A stretch of DNA of 64,000 nt from a virus, in the IMG/VR virus record IMGVR_UViG_3300025109_000004, positions 5,056 to 69,055 of that record; one strand, given 5' to 3'. The position numbers and the translations under genes were made by a program. How positions within the stretch are numbered: position 1 is the stretch's first letter; each line of letters opens with the position of its first letter. Positions 47,828-55,707 of the stretch are shown here, piece after piece. Under the pieces are notes generated by a model. It searched no databases and was not told the origin of the DNA. It saw only the letters and a list, made by a program, of their open reading frames with translations.

Positions 47828-49339
47828 ATGGAGTTTAGAATAAGGAAAGTCGATTCCCAGATTGAGAAGAGAATCCTCATGGCAATGATCGTATCAAAAG
47901 ATTTCCTTCAGGAAATCATGCCACTGATAAATCCCAATTACTTTGCCAATAGTTATGCGAGAAGAGTAGCATCATGGGTGATTGAGTTCTGGGGGGCATA
48001 TGAGACAAACCCCTTTGATAATATCCAAGATATATACCTGAGTAAAAAAGAAAAATTAAAAGAACCTGAACAGGCTCTTATTGAAACTCTGCTGATGGAT
48101 ATCTCTGAGCAGTATGGGAAGGATGATAAGATCAATGTTGACTATATGGTTGATAAGACCATTGATTATTTCAAGAGGAGGGAGCTGGAACTGATATCTG
48201 CCAACATCAAGGACTCACTCACAAGAGATAATCTGGTGGATGCAGAGAAGGCTGTTATACAGTTTAAGAAAGTGGGGAAGCTAACCTCCACATGGATTGA
48301 TCCATTCAGTGAGGAGAGCGTCGAAAAAGTATTTCGGGATGAGGATAGTAGTTTTTTTAAATTTCCGGGAGAGCTGGGGGAGTTTCTTGGTCCATATGAG
48401 AGGGGATGGTTGGTTGGAATAGCGGGTCCTTACAAGAGGGGGAAGTCGTGGCTTTTGCAGGAATATGCCATCATGGGAATATTACAGGGGTTAAGGGTGG
48501 TGTTCTTCTCACTTGAGATGACCGAGAAGCAAGTACTTGAGAGATTATATAAACGAATAACCGGATTGGGAACAAAAGAGGGAGGTGATCTGCTATACCC
48601 AACATTTGATTGCCAGAGGAATCAGTTTGGTAATTGTAAATCTGAGAATAGGAAAAGCTCCGAGAAACTTTTTGCCAGCAAAGAATCTCCAAAACCAAAG
48701 TTCAAAGATGCCCCAGAGGACTATATACCATGTGACTATTGTCGAACGAAGAATAGGGAGCAGTATCAGTTTGCCACATGGTTCAAAGTATTAAATAAAG
48801 ATCCTTGGAGTCATGGTGTGGTGGCTGATAAGATTAAAGTATTCCAAACATACTATAAACATTTATTCAAAATAAAAATCTTTCCAAAGTTTAGTGCTAA
48901 TATGGCTGATATCGATCATAACCTTAATATATTAGAAGCAACTCAGGGATTTACTGCTGATATGATTATTCTTGACCATATGGATATCACAAAACCAGAG
49001 GATAGTTCTTTAACTGGAATACAAAAGGAAGATGAGACATGGATGTCAGCAGGGAGAATAGCGGGGGAAAGACATGCTCTGTTTGTTGTGGGTACTCAGC
49101 TGACTAAAGAGGCTCTGGATGCTTATATCGTTACCCATAAACACAATGCACGATGGGCAGGAAAGCTAGGGCATGTCGAGGCGATGCATACCCTGAATCA
49201 GATCCCAGATGAGAAACAAGATGGTCTGATGAGGATAGGTACTATGATCCATAGGCATATGGAATTCTATGAGGGGGAGACGGTAAAGATATTACAGGAC
49301 ATAAAAACAGGGCAGGTTAATCTTGGCTCTTTCAAGTAA
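47828..49339 (+). CDS. dnaB: Replicative DnaB-like helicase
   Basis: GIAGPYKRGKS, VFFSLEMT, IILDHMD, VGTQ. Confidence 0.88.
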   Translation: MEFRIRKVDSQIEKRILMAMIVSKDFLQEIMPLINPNYFANSYARRVASWVIEFWGAYETNPFDNIQDIYLSKKEKLKEPEQALIETLLMDISEQYGKDDKINVDYMVDKTIDYFKRRELELISANIKDSLTRDNLVDAEKAVIQFKKVGKLTSTWIDPFSEESVEKVFRDEDSSFFKFPGELGEFLGPYERGWLVGIAGPYKRGKSWLLQEYAIMGILQGLRVVFFSLEMTEKQVLERLYKRITGLGTKEGGDLLYPTFDCQRNQFGNCKSENRKSSEKLFASKESPKPKFKDAPEDYIPCDYCRTKNREQYQFATWFKVLNKDPWSHGVVADKIKVFQTYYKHLFKIKIFPKFSANMADIDHNLNILEATQGFTADMIILDHMDITKPEDSSLTGIQKEDETWMSAGRIAGERHALFVVGTQLTKEALDAYIVTHKHNARWAGKLGHVEAMHTLNQIPDEKQDGLMRIGTMIHRHMEFYEGETVKILQDIKTGQVNLGSFK

Positions 49340-49378
49340 AAAATAATTTTTCATAGTTTGGTAAAACTATAGTATAAT
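49340..49378 (+). promoter_or_regulatory. Conserved 39-bp promoter, copy 2
   Basis: Aligns without gaps to 42362-42400. Confidence 0.85.
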
Positions 49379-49836
49379 AAAAAATAAAATTTAAGGAGGG
49401 CAAAGATCATGGAAAAGAAAAAGGTACAAATAAAAATCATTGCTCCATATAAATCGGGAAAGACAACTATCGCTTCTTTAGGATGATGATGAACTGGAAC
49501 AGTTTATAAAATTATGGATAAAGCATAAACAAAAATCTTTTAAGACAACTAAATCATAGATGAAGTAAAGTGCTGATAACAATAGTACGATATGAAAATG
49601 AGAAAACCCTAAAGCGAATATGGCTTTTCAATACCGATGGGGACAATGTATTCCTTGAAAGTTATGTCGAGGAATACCTGAGTATAAGTTCTCATCAATA
49701 TAAATCAATATTTGAAAAATACTATAACCACGACCCAGCATTATCAAGAATGAAAAAAGAGGATATTAAAACTCCTCAAGATGTCAGAGAGGAAATAATA
49801 AAAACAGTCATTAATTTATAGAAGGAGGAAAGAACT

Positions 49837-50760
49837 ATGCTGACAGTAACCAAGATATTTCGTGACATTTCCTATGGTCATCACCTGCCGGAGTATGATG
49901 GCAAGTGCAAAACCCCTCATGGGCACAATGCGACATTGGAAGTAGAGGTGGATGGAGTATGGGAAAATGGAGAGAAGGAAGGTATGGTATGTGATTTTAG
50001 TATTTTGAAAAGAATTATTAATAAGTATGTGATTGATATACTTGATCATCAGAACATCAATGATTTAAATTTATGTGATTATGGGGGAGAAGTTTTTCAA
50101 ACTATGCGTAGGATGATCAAGATGCCCACAGCCGAGAACATGGTCAAGTGGATTATAGAAGTATTAAGGAAACATTTTGGTGATCACCTCATCAGGGTCC
50201 GGTTGTATGAGACCTCCGATAGCTATGCCGAGTGGTATCGAGAAAATATAATTAACGAAGAAGTAAAGAGAAATGAAGAGGATTATTATTGCTCTGCAGT
50301 TGGTCATGATGAAATCGATTGTGGAGACGAGAATGAGTGTGGTGATTGTGAGCATTATATAGAAGTATCAAAGCAGAAGAAAACCCCCGGTGGTGAACAT
50401 TTAAAGCATCCAGTTATTAATAATATTTTTATACAAGCAAAAAATGATCCTAATATCGATAGTATTTGTACTGCTGCAGATAATGATGAAGTCGATTGTG
50501 ATGGAATATTCTGCAAGGACTGTAAATGGAATAAAGAGTTCTCATACATCGATTTTAAAATCAAACCCAAAGATACCAGAGTCCAACTGAAGAACCTGCG
50601 AGACGGGGCTATATTTGAAAACGAAAATAGTTGTAGATTAGTAAAAACAAGAATAATAAAAGATAACTCTATTCAGTGCATTTCTTTACATGAAGGAAGC
50701 ATTTGTCATTACCCAATCGATTACAAACCTCTTGTGAGGGAGATCATAATCGATGGCTGA
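49837..50760 (+). CDS. queD: 6-carboxytetrahydropterin synthase with ~170-aa C-terminal extension
   Basis: HHL..Y.GKC..PHGHN, GMV.DF..LK, LDH..IN, PTAENM, VRLYET. Confidence 0.9.
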   Translation: MLTVTKIFRDISYGHHLPEYDGKCKTPHGHNATLEVEVDGVWENGEKEGMVCDFSILKRIINKYVIDILDHQNINDLNLCDYGGEVFQTMRRMIKMPTAENMVKWIIEVLRKHFGDHLIRVRLYETSDSYAEWYRENIINEEVKRNEEDYYCSAVGHDEIDCGDENECGDCEHYIEVSKQKKTPGGEHLKHPVINNIFIQAKNDPNIDSICTAADNDEVDCDGIFCKDCKWNKEFSYIDFKIKPKDTRVQLKNLRDGAIFENENSCRLVKTRIIKDNSIQCISLHEGSICHYPIDYKPLVREIIIDG

Positions 50761-51439
50761 GAAAATAAAAATCTACTCAATATTCAATTCCATAGATGGG
50801 GAGGTCAACAGGTTTCATCAGGGAGGCTTCACCACGTTCATCAGATTTGCCGGTTGCAATTTAAAATGCTCCTACTGCGACACCCTGTACGCTCAGGATC
50901 CGAACTGCGGGAAGGAGATGACGGTTGCCCAGATCATAAAGGAAGTAAAAACGTTCGGGTGTAAAAAGGTCACCATCACTGGGGGCGAGCCGTTGATGCA
51001 GATAGATGGGTTCATAGAATTATGCCAGCAATTACAAGCTAGAGAGTATGATATCTCTGTTGAAACAAATGGGACGATCGATGGTGAGGAATTCATACAA
51101 TGTATTGACTGCTGGGTGGTGGACTACAAACTACCAAGTTCAGGGGTGAAAGAGAAACAGATCAATATGAATTTTTTGGAGGATCTGAATGATCAGGATT
51201 TTGTAAAGTTTGTCATAACATGCAAGGGGGATTATGTAATAGCAAAAAAGGCGATGAAAAAAATTATAAAAAATAACAGCAATTTTGATCCTCCTTACTT
51301 TGCTTTCTCCCCCATGCATGGTAGTCTGGAGCCACAGACCCTTGTCGAGTGGATACAGAAGGACAAACTGTTTGATAATATTATAATCAATCTTCAACTC
51401 CATAAATATATCTGGAAAAATGCGGAAAAGGAGGTGTGA
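50753..51439 (+). CDS. queE: 7-carboxy-7-deazaguanine synthase (radical SAM)
   Basis: IF.SIDGE, FIRFAGCNLKCSYCDT, TGGEP, ETNG, QLHK. Confidence 0.95.
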   Translation: MAEKIKIYSIFNSIDGEVNRFHQGGFTTFIRFAGCNLKCSYCDTLYAQDPNCGKEMTVAQIIKEVKTFGCKKVTITGGEPLMQIDGFIELCQQLQAREYDISVETNGTIDGEEFIQCIDCWVVDYKLPSSGVKEKQINMNFLEDLNDQDFVKFVITCKGDYVIAKKAMKKIIKNNSNFDPPYFAFSPMHGSLEPQTLVEWIQKDKLFDNIIINLQLHKYIWKNAEKEV

Positions 51440-51477
51440 AAATATTTTTTCATGGTTTGGCAAAACTGTGGTATAAT
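51439..51477 (+). promoter_or_regulatory. Conserved 39-bp promoter, copy 3
   Basis: Aligns without gaps to 42362-42400; has an extended -10 (TG.TATAAT). Confidence 0.85.
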
Positions 51478-51541
51478 GGTATCATAAAAAGTTGAGAGTG
51501 TTTCACAAAAAACAAAACCAAAACCAAAGGAGGGCAGCATC

Positions 51542-52090
51542 ATGAAAGCAACATTAAATGGAGAAAAAGTTGAACTGGCAAGAGAGGTTCCGAACAAAGA
51601 GATCAAGGCAATATCAACAAAGCTGAACAAGACCCACGGCACGAAGTTAAAGATCGTTGCCATATCAACCATCGCGATGATCGAAGCGTTCATCCTCAAG
51701 ATTGAGGAGCTGGATACCAGCAAGGCAAAAATCAATAAAGAGTTCTCCGATTTTTACAATGGGCTCTTTCCAAAAGCAGACAAGAAAAAACCTGCTGCAA
51801 AGAAAGAACCTGCCAAGAAAAAATCCGCTGCAAAGAAAGAACCGGCAAAGAAAAAAGAATCAAAAGGTCCTGGAGTGATTGCCTCCATTCTTGAATTCAT
51901 CAAAAGCGGTCCAATCACAAAAGAGAAAATTCTGACCAAATTGGAAAAGCGTTTCCCTGATCGTGATACTGTCGGTATGGAAAAAACCATCAAGGCACAA
52001 ATCAGCGGTAAGAAAAGACCTCTCCGGATGGAGAAGGAAAAGAAAGTCAAATTTGTCATCAGTGACAAGGGAGCTTATTCAATAAAATAA
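51542..52090 (+). CDS. Lys/Ala-rich DNA-binding protein (histone-H1-like linker, possible winged helix)
   Basis: AAKKEPAKKK repeats; GVIASILE..GPITKE.IL..L..RFPDR. Confidence 0.6.
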   Translation: MKATLNGEKVELAREVPNKEIKAISTKLNKTHGTKLKIVAISTIAMIEAFILKIEELDTSKAKINKEFSDFYNGLFPKADKKKPAAKKEPAKKKSAAKKEPAKKKESKGPGVIASILEFIKSGPITKEKILTKLEKRFPDRDTVGMEKTIKAQISGKKRPLRMEKEKKVKFVISDKGAYSIK

Positions 52091-52100
52091 AAGGAGGGTT

Positions 52101-52766
52101 ATGAAAACAAAAGCATTGGTACTTTTATCAGGGGGGCAGGATTCAGCAACCTGCCTCTCTTTGGCAAAACAAACTTATGATGAAATTTATACGTTGGCTT
52201 TTAATTATGGACAACGTCATCAAAGAGAACTTACCTGCTCCGCAAAACTTTCTCAGATTGCGGAGGCTCAACTTCATTTCACATTATTTGTTCCCACCCT
52301 TCAACATCTGGGGGGATCGGCTTTGGTTGAAACAGATTCCACCATCGATAAACCCCATTCAAAAAATAAAAATTTACCGGCATCATTTGTCCCGGGACGA
52401 AATTATATTTTTCTTGGGTTTGCTGCAGCGAAAGCCTATCAACTGGATATTCATGATTTGTATACAGGAGTATGCGAAACAGATTATTCTGGCTATCCGG
52501 ATTGTAGAAATGATTCAATAAAAGCTATTTCTTATGCCCTCAATCTCTGTCTTGATTATCAAATTATTATCCACACTCCTCTCATGAATATAAACAAAGC
52601 CCAAACAGTACAGATGATGGATAATCTTGGAACTCTTGATTGGTACAAACATACCCATACCTGTTACGAGGGTCAATATCCCCCCTGTGGTAAATGTCCT
52701 GCCTGTGCAATAAGGGCTAACGGATTTAAAGAAGCAGGTATCAAAGATCCTCTGGTGGAGGGTTGA
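52101..52766 (+). CDS. queC: 7-cyano-7-deazaguanine (preQ0) synthase
   Basis: SGGQDS, YGQRH, VPGRN, D.SGYPDCR, TCY...CGKCPAC..R. Confidence 0.96.
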   Translation: MKTKALVLLSGGQDSATCLSLAKQTYDEIYTLAFNYGQRHQRELTCSAKLSQIAEAQLHFTLFVPTLQHLGGSALVETDSTIDKPHSKNKNLPASFVPGRNYIFLGFAAAKAYQLDIHDLYTGVCETDYSGYPDCRNDSIKAISYALNLCLDYQIIIHTPLMNINKAQTVQMMDNLGTLDWYKHTHTCYEGQYPPCGKCPACAIRANGFKEAGIKDPLVEG

Positions 52767-52769
52767 CTA

Positions 52770-53342
52770 TTGACTAAAGAAACTTATGATGAAATTTATG
52801 CTTATTCAATAGATTGTATATGGAAGATGATTGAACTTGTTGGGGAAGATCCAGAACGGGAAGGGTTAAAGGATACCCCAAAACGAGTTGCAAAGGCATG
52901 GGAGTATATATTTGCAGGATATTCTCAAGATCCTAAAGATGTCATGACTACATTTGATTCTGATGGTTATGATGAAATAGTTCTATTAAAATCAATAGAG
53001 GTTTATTCGATTTGCGAACATCATCTCATGCCCTTTTTTGGTAAAGCCCATATCGCCTACATCCCTGATAAAAAAATTATCGGGATATCCAAACTCGCCC
53101 GACTCATTGATATCTATGCGAGACGAATGCAGATACAGGAACGGATCGGGGATCAGGTCACCACTGATTTGATGATTTATTTACAACCGCAGGGAGCTGC
53201 CTGTATTATTGAAGCAAATCATCTCTGTATGAGGATGCGGGGGGTGGAGAAACAAAATTCAACTATGGTCACCTCCTCCCTCAAAGGAGTATTCATGGAA
53301 GATGGTCGGGCGCGAGAGGAGTTGATGAGATTGATAAAGTGA
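52770..53342 (+). CDS. folE: GTP cyclohydrolase I
   Basis: GEDP.REGL..TP.RV, S.CEHH..PF.G, G.SK..R, QERI, H.CM..RG. Confidence 0.96.
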   Translation: MTKETYDEIYAYSIDCIWKMIELVGEDPEREGLKDTPKRVAKAWEYIFAGYSQDPKDVMTTFDSDGYDEIVLLKSIEVYSICEHHLMPFFGKAHIAYIPDKKIIGISKLARLIDIYARRMQIQERIGDQVTTDLMIYLQPQGAACIIEANHLCMRMRGVEKQNSTMVTSSLKGVFMEDGRAREELMRLIK

Positions 53343-54268
53343 AAATTTTACTTTCACGGAGGGAAAAATTGAAAAAGAAAAAACTTAATATCTTTTTAGA
53401 TTCAGGAGCATTCTCTGCATGGGCAAAAGGAGAAGAAATAAACCTGAAAGATTATATTGCCTTCATCAAGAAGTATGAAAAGTATATCGAGGTGTATGCC
53501 AACCTCGATGTGATCGGTGATCCCAAAGCCACATTAAAAAATCAAAAGAAGATGGAAAAAGCCGGACTATCTCCCCTCCCCTGTTTTCATTATGGAGAAG
53601 ACATTTCTTATCTCAAAGACTATATCAAAAATTATGAGTACGTCAGTCTTGGAGGCATGGTCCCCATTTCTTCAGCCGATTTAATAAAATGGTTGGACAA
53701 AATTTTCGGTGAATACATTTGTAACACCAAAGACCACAAACCAAAAGTCAGAGTGCATGGATTCGGAATGACCTCATTCGATCTGATGTTGAGGTATCCT
53801 TGGTATTCAGTTGATAGTACTTCATGGGTGATGACCGGACGGTTCGGGGGAGTGATGGTCCCTAAATTCAGGAAGGGAAAATACTCTTATGAAACTTCTC
53901 CTTTAAAAGTTGATGTTTCCACCCGCTCTTCCTCAGTCAAGAAAGAGGGTCAGCACATCACAACATTTTCTGAGTTGGAGCGGCAGCAGATCCTGAAATA
54001 TTTTACTCATAAGGGATATAAATTAGGAGTTTCCAAATTCAAATCGGTTAAAGAAAAAGGGTATACGTTAAAAGACAATGAGTGTTGGAATGGGAAAGCT
54101 AATAAGAATGGTGATAAGGAGGTGGAGGAAGTTATCGAAAAAGGTATCTGTAATCAGTATAAACAGAGGGATGAATTAAACATAATTTATTTTTTAGATT
54201 TAGAAAAAAATATGCCTACCTATCCCCAGCCCTTCAAACCACAAAGAATAGGGGGACTGGGATTGTGA
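53339..54268 (+). CDS. dpdA: DpdA-like DNA transglycosylase (TGT fold); start may be TTG 53369
   Basis: FLDSGAFS, NLDVIG, PCFHYGE, LGGMV, VHGFG, PWYSVDSTSW; directly after queC-folE. Confidence 0.8.
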   Translation: MKILLSRREKLKKKKLNIFLDSGAFSAWAKGEEINLKDYIAFIKKYEKYIEVYANLDVIGDPKATLKNQKKMEKAGLSPLPCFHYGEDISYLKDYIKNYEYVSLGGMVPISSADLIKWLDKIFGEYICNTKDHKPKVRVHGFGMTSFDLMLRYPWYSVDSTSWVMTGRFGGVMVPKFRKGKYSYETSPLKVDVSTRSSSVKKEGQHITTFSELERQQILKYFTHKGYKLGVSKFKSVKEKGYTLKDNECWNGKANKNGDKEVEEVIEKGICNQYKQRDELNIIYFLDLEKNMPTYPQPFKPQRIGGLGL

Positions 54269-54450
54269 AGATATATTTAGCAGAATTGGGAGAGGAGAAT
54301 TATGGAAACTATCGTCAGGCAAGTTTTAATTTCAAGAGGGGGGGATGTTTATTGTTTTCATTTTATGATTTGACTATAAGCCCGTTTCCGTATCGAAAAC
54401 AAACATGGAGAATTTTAATTGAAACTTTATCTTGCAGGAAGAAACTTTGA
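54265..54450 (+). CDS. DpdA N-terminus-like micro-ORF 1
   Basis: MKIYLAE...LLFSFY; GTGA overlap with the dpdA stop. Confidence 0.55.
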   Translation: MKIYLAELGEENYGNYRQASFNFKRGGCLLFSFYDLTISPFPYRKQTWRILIETLSCRKKL

Positions 54451-54561
54451 AAAAGATATACGATTGAGAGAGAGCTATTTGAATTGAAAGCAAATCGGTT
54501 AATTTCTTTTTTCAATAGGAGGACGGTTATAATAGTTATTGAAGTGAGATTAACAAAATGA
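54419..54561 (+). pseudogene. DpdA N-terminus-like micro-ORF 2, frameshifted in a GA run
   Basis: TTG start with GGAG RBS: MKLYLAGRNFEKDIRLRE / LFELKANRLISFF after removing one GA. Confidence 0.5.
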
Positions 54562-54686
54562 AAATATATTTTGCCTCAGTAGATACAATTAGACTCACAA
54601 CTTTTTATTATATAAAATCATCGAAAATTATTGTTCAATTAAGGAGGGCACTCATACATGAAAACAAAAACACAAGAACTGCTTGA
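54558..54686 (+). CDS. DpdA N-terminus-like micro-ORF 3 (42 aa)
   Basis: MKIYFAS...RLTTFYY; ATGA overlap with the micro-ORF 2 stop. Confidence 0.5.
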   Translation: MKIYFASVDTIRLTTFYYIKSSKIIVQLRRALIHENKNTRTA

Positions 54687-55704
54687 CATACTTACCAACC
54701 TCAAACCGGGATTGGCACAAAAGGATATTGTGGAGCAGATGACCCACTTCATTTTTACCGGCTCCAACGCTGTCACCTACAATGACCAGATTTATATCTC
54801 TCACCCATTTGAAACTCCATTCAAAACATCGGTTCCAGCACAAGAACTCTTGCAACTACTTCAGAAGGTTGAATCAAAAAATACCATCCTAAAAATGGAA
54901 GAAAACCAGTTGAAAGTCAAGTGTGGGAAGGTATCTGCAGGGTTCTCTACCCTTGTGGAAGATCAGGTCTTTAAACTCCTCCCCGCCCTTGAAAAACAGC
55001 TGAGGAAATCAAAATGGGACCGACTTCCAGAACAGGTGCAGGAAGGATTGAAACTTACCATGTTCTCGACAACACAAGATATGATGAAGTATAGTCAGGG
55101 ATTGACCTGTGTCTATGCAAATAAAAACTCGATTACTTCAAGTGACGGACACAGGGCTGGGATCTTCCAACTTGATGACAGTATCAAACATTCCTTTTTG
55201 TTGACCGCTATCACGATCCCTGAACTTCTTAAGCTTGATCCCATAAAATACTGTCTCACCGACTCATGGATAAATTTTAAAAATAAAGAGGGAACGGTGT
55301 TTAGTGTTAAAAAGATCGTGGTGGAGGAGAATGTGCTCAAGAATGTGGATAAGTTCTTTGACTCGTTCAAGAAGAAAAAGAGGAAGGTGAAACTGCCGCA
55401 GGATAATCTGTTGAAGGCTGTTGATGTGGGGGCTATCATAGAGCAAAGTCAAGTGGATATGGAAAAGCGGATAAAAATCAGTATCAGCCCTGATGAACTG
55501 ATTGTCGGGTCAAAGCGGGAGACGGGGTGGATAGAAACATCAGTGGAGATTGATTATGAGGGAAAGCCGGTGGAGTTCCAGATCCACCCCGAGTACTTCT
55601 CCAATATCCTTAACCATGCAACAACTATTTATATCGGGGAGGACAAGGTATTCTTTGAGTCGAGTAACTTCAAACATCTCATCTGTATGTATATGGAGGA
55701 GTAA
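54658..55704 (+). CDS. dnaN: DNA polymerase sliding clamp (DnaN/beta-like)
   Basis: 348 aa; SVPAQ.L..LL, SSDGHRA, F.I.PEYF..IL; size and pattern fit the three-domain beta clamp. Confidence 0.75.
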   Translation: MKTKTQELLDILTNLKPGLAQKDIVEQMTHFIFTGSNAVTYNDQIYISHPFETPFKTSVPAQELLQLLQKVESKNTILKMEENQLKVKCGKVSAGFSTLVEDQVFKLLPALEKQLRKSKWDRLPEQVQEGLKLTMFSTTQDMMKYSQGLTCVYANKNSITSSDGHRAGIFQLDDSIKHSFLLTAITIPELLKLDPIKYCLTDSWINFKNKEGTVFSVKKIVVEENVLKNVDKFFDSFKKKKRKVKLPQDNLLKAVDVGAIIEQSQVDMEKRIKISISPDELIVGSKRETGWIETSVEIDYEGKPVEFQIHPEYFSNILNHATTIYIGEDKVFFESSNFKHLICMYMEE

Positions 55705-55707
55705 TTT

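Noticed and set aside
49409-49490. MEKKKVQIKIIAPYKSGKTT P-loop mini-ORF
   Set aside because: Stops after about 25 codons; probably a gene remnant, too short to assign.
51780-51860. GCTGCAAAGAAAGAACC direct repeat
   Set aside because: Explained by AAKKEPAKKK protein repeats.
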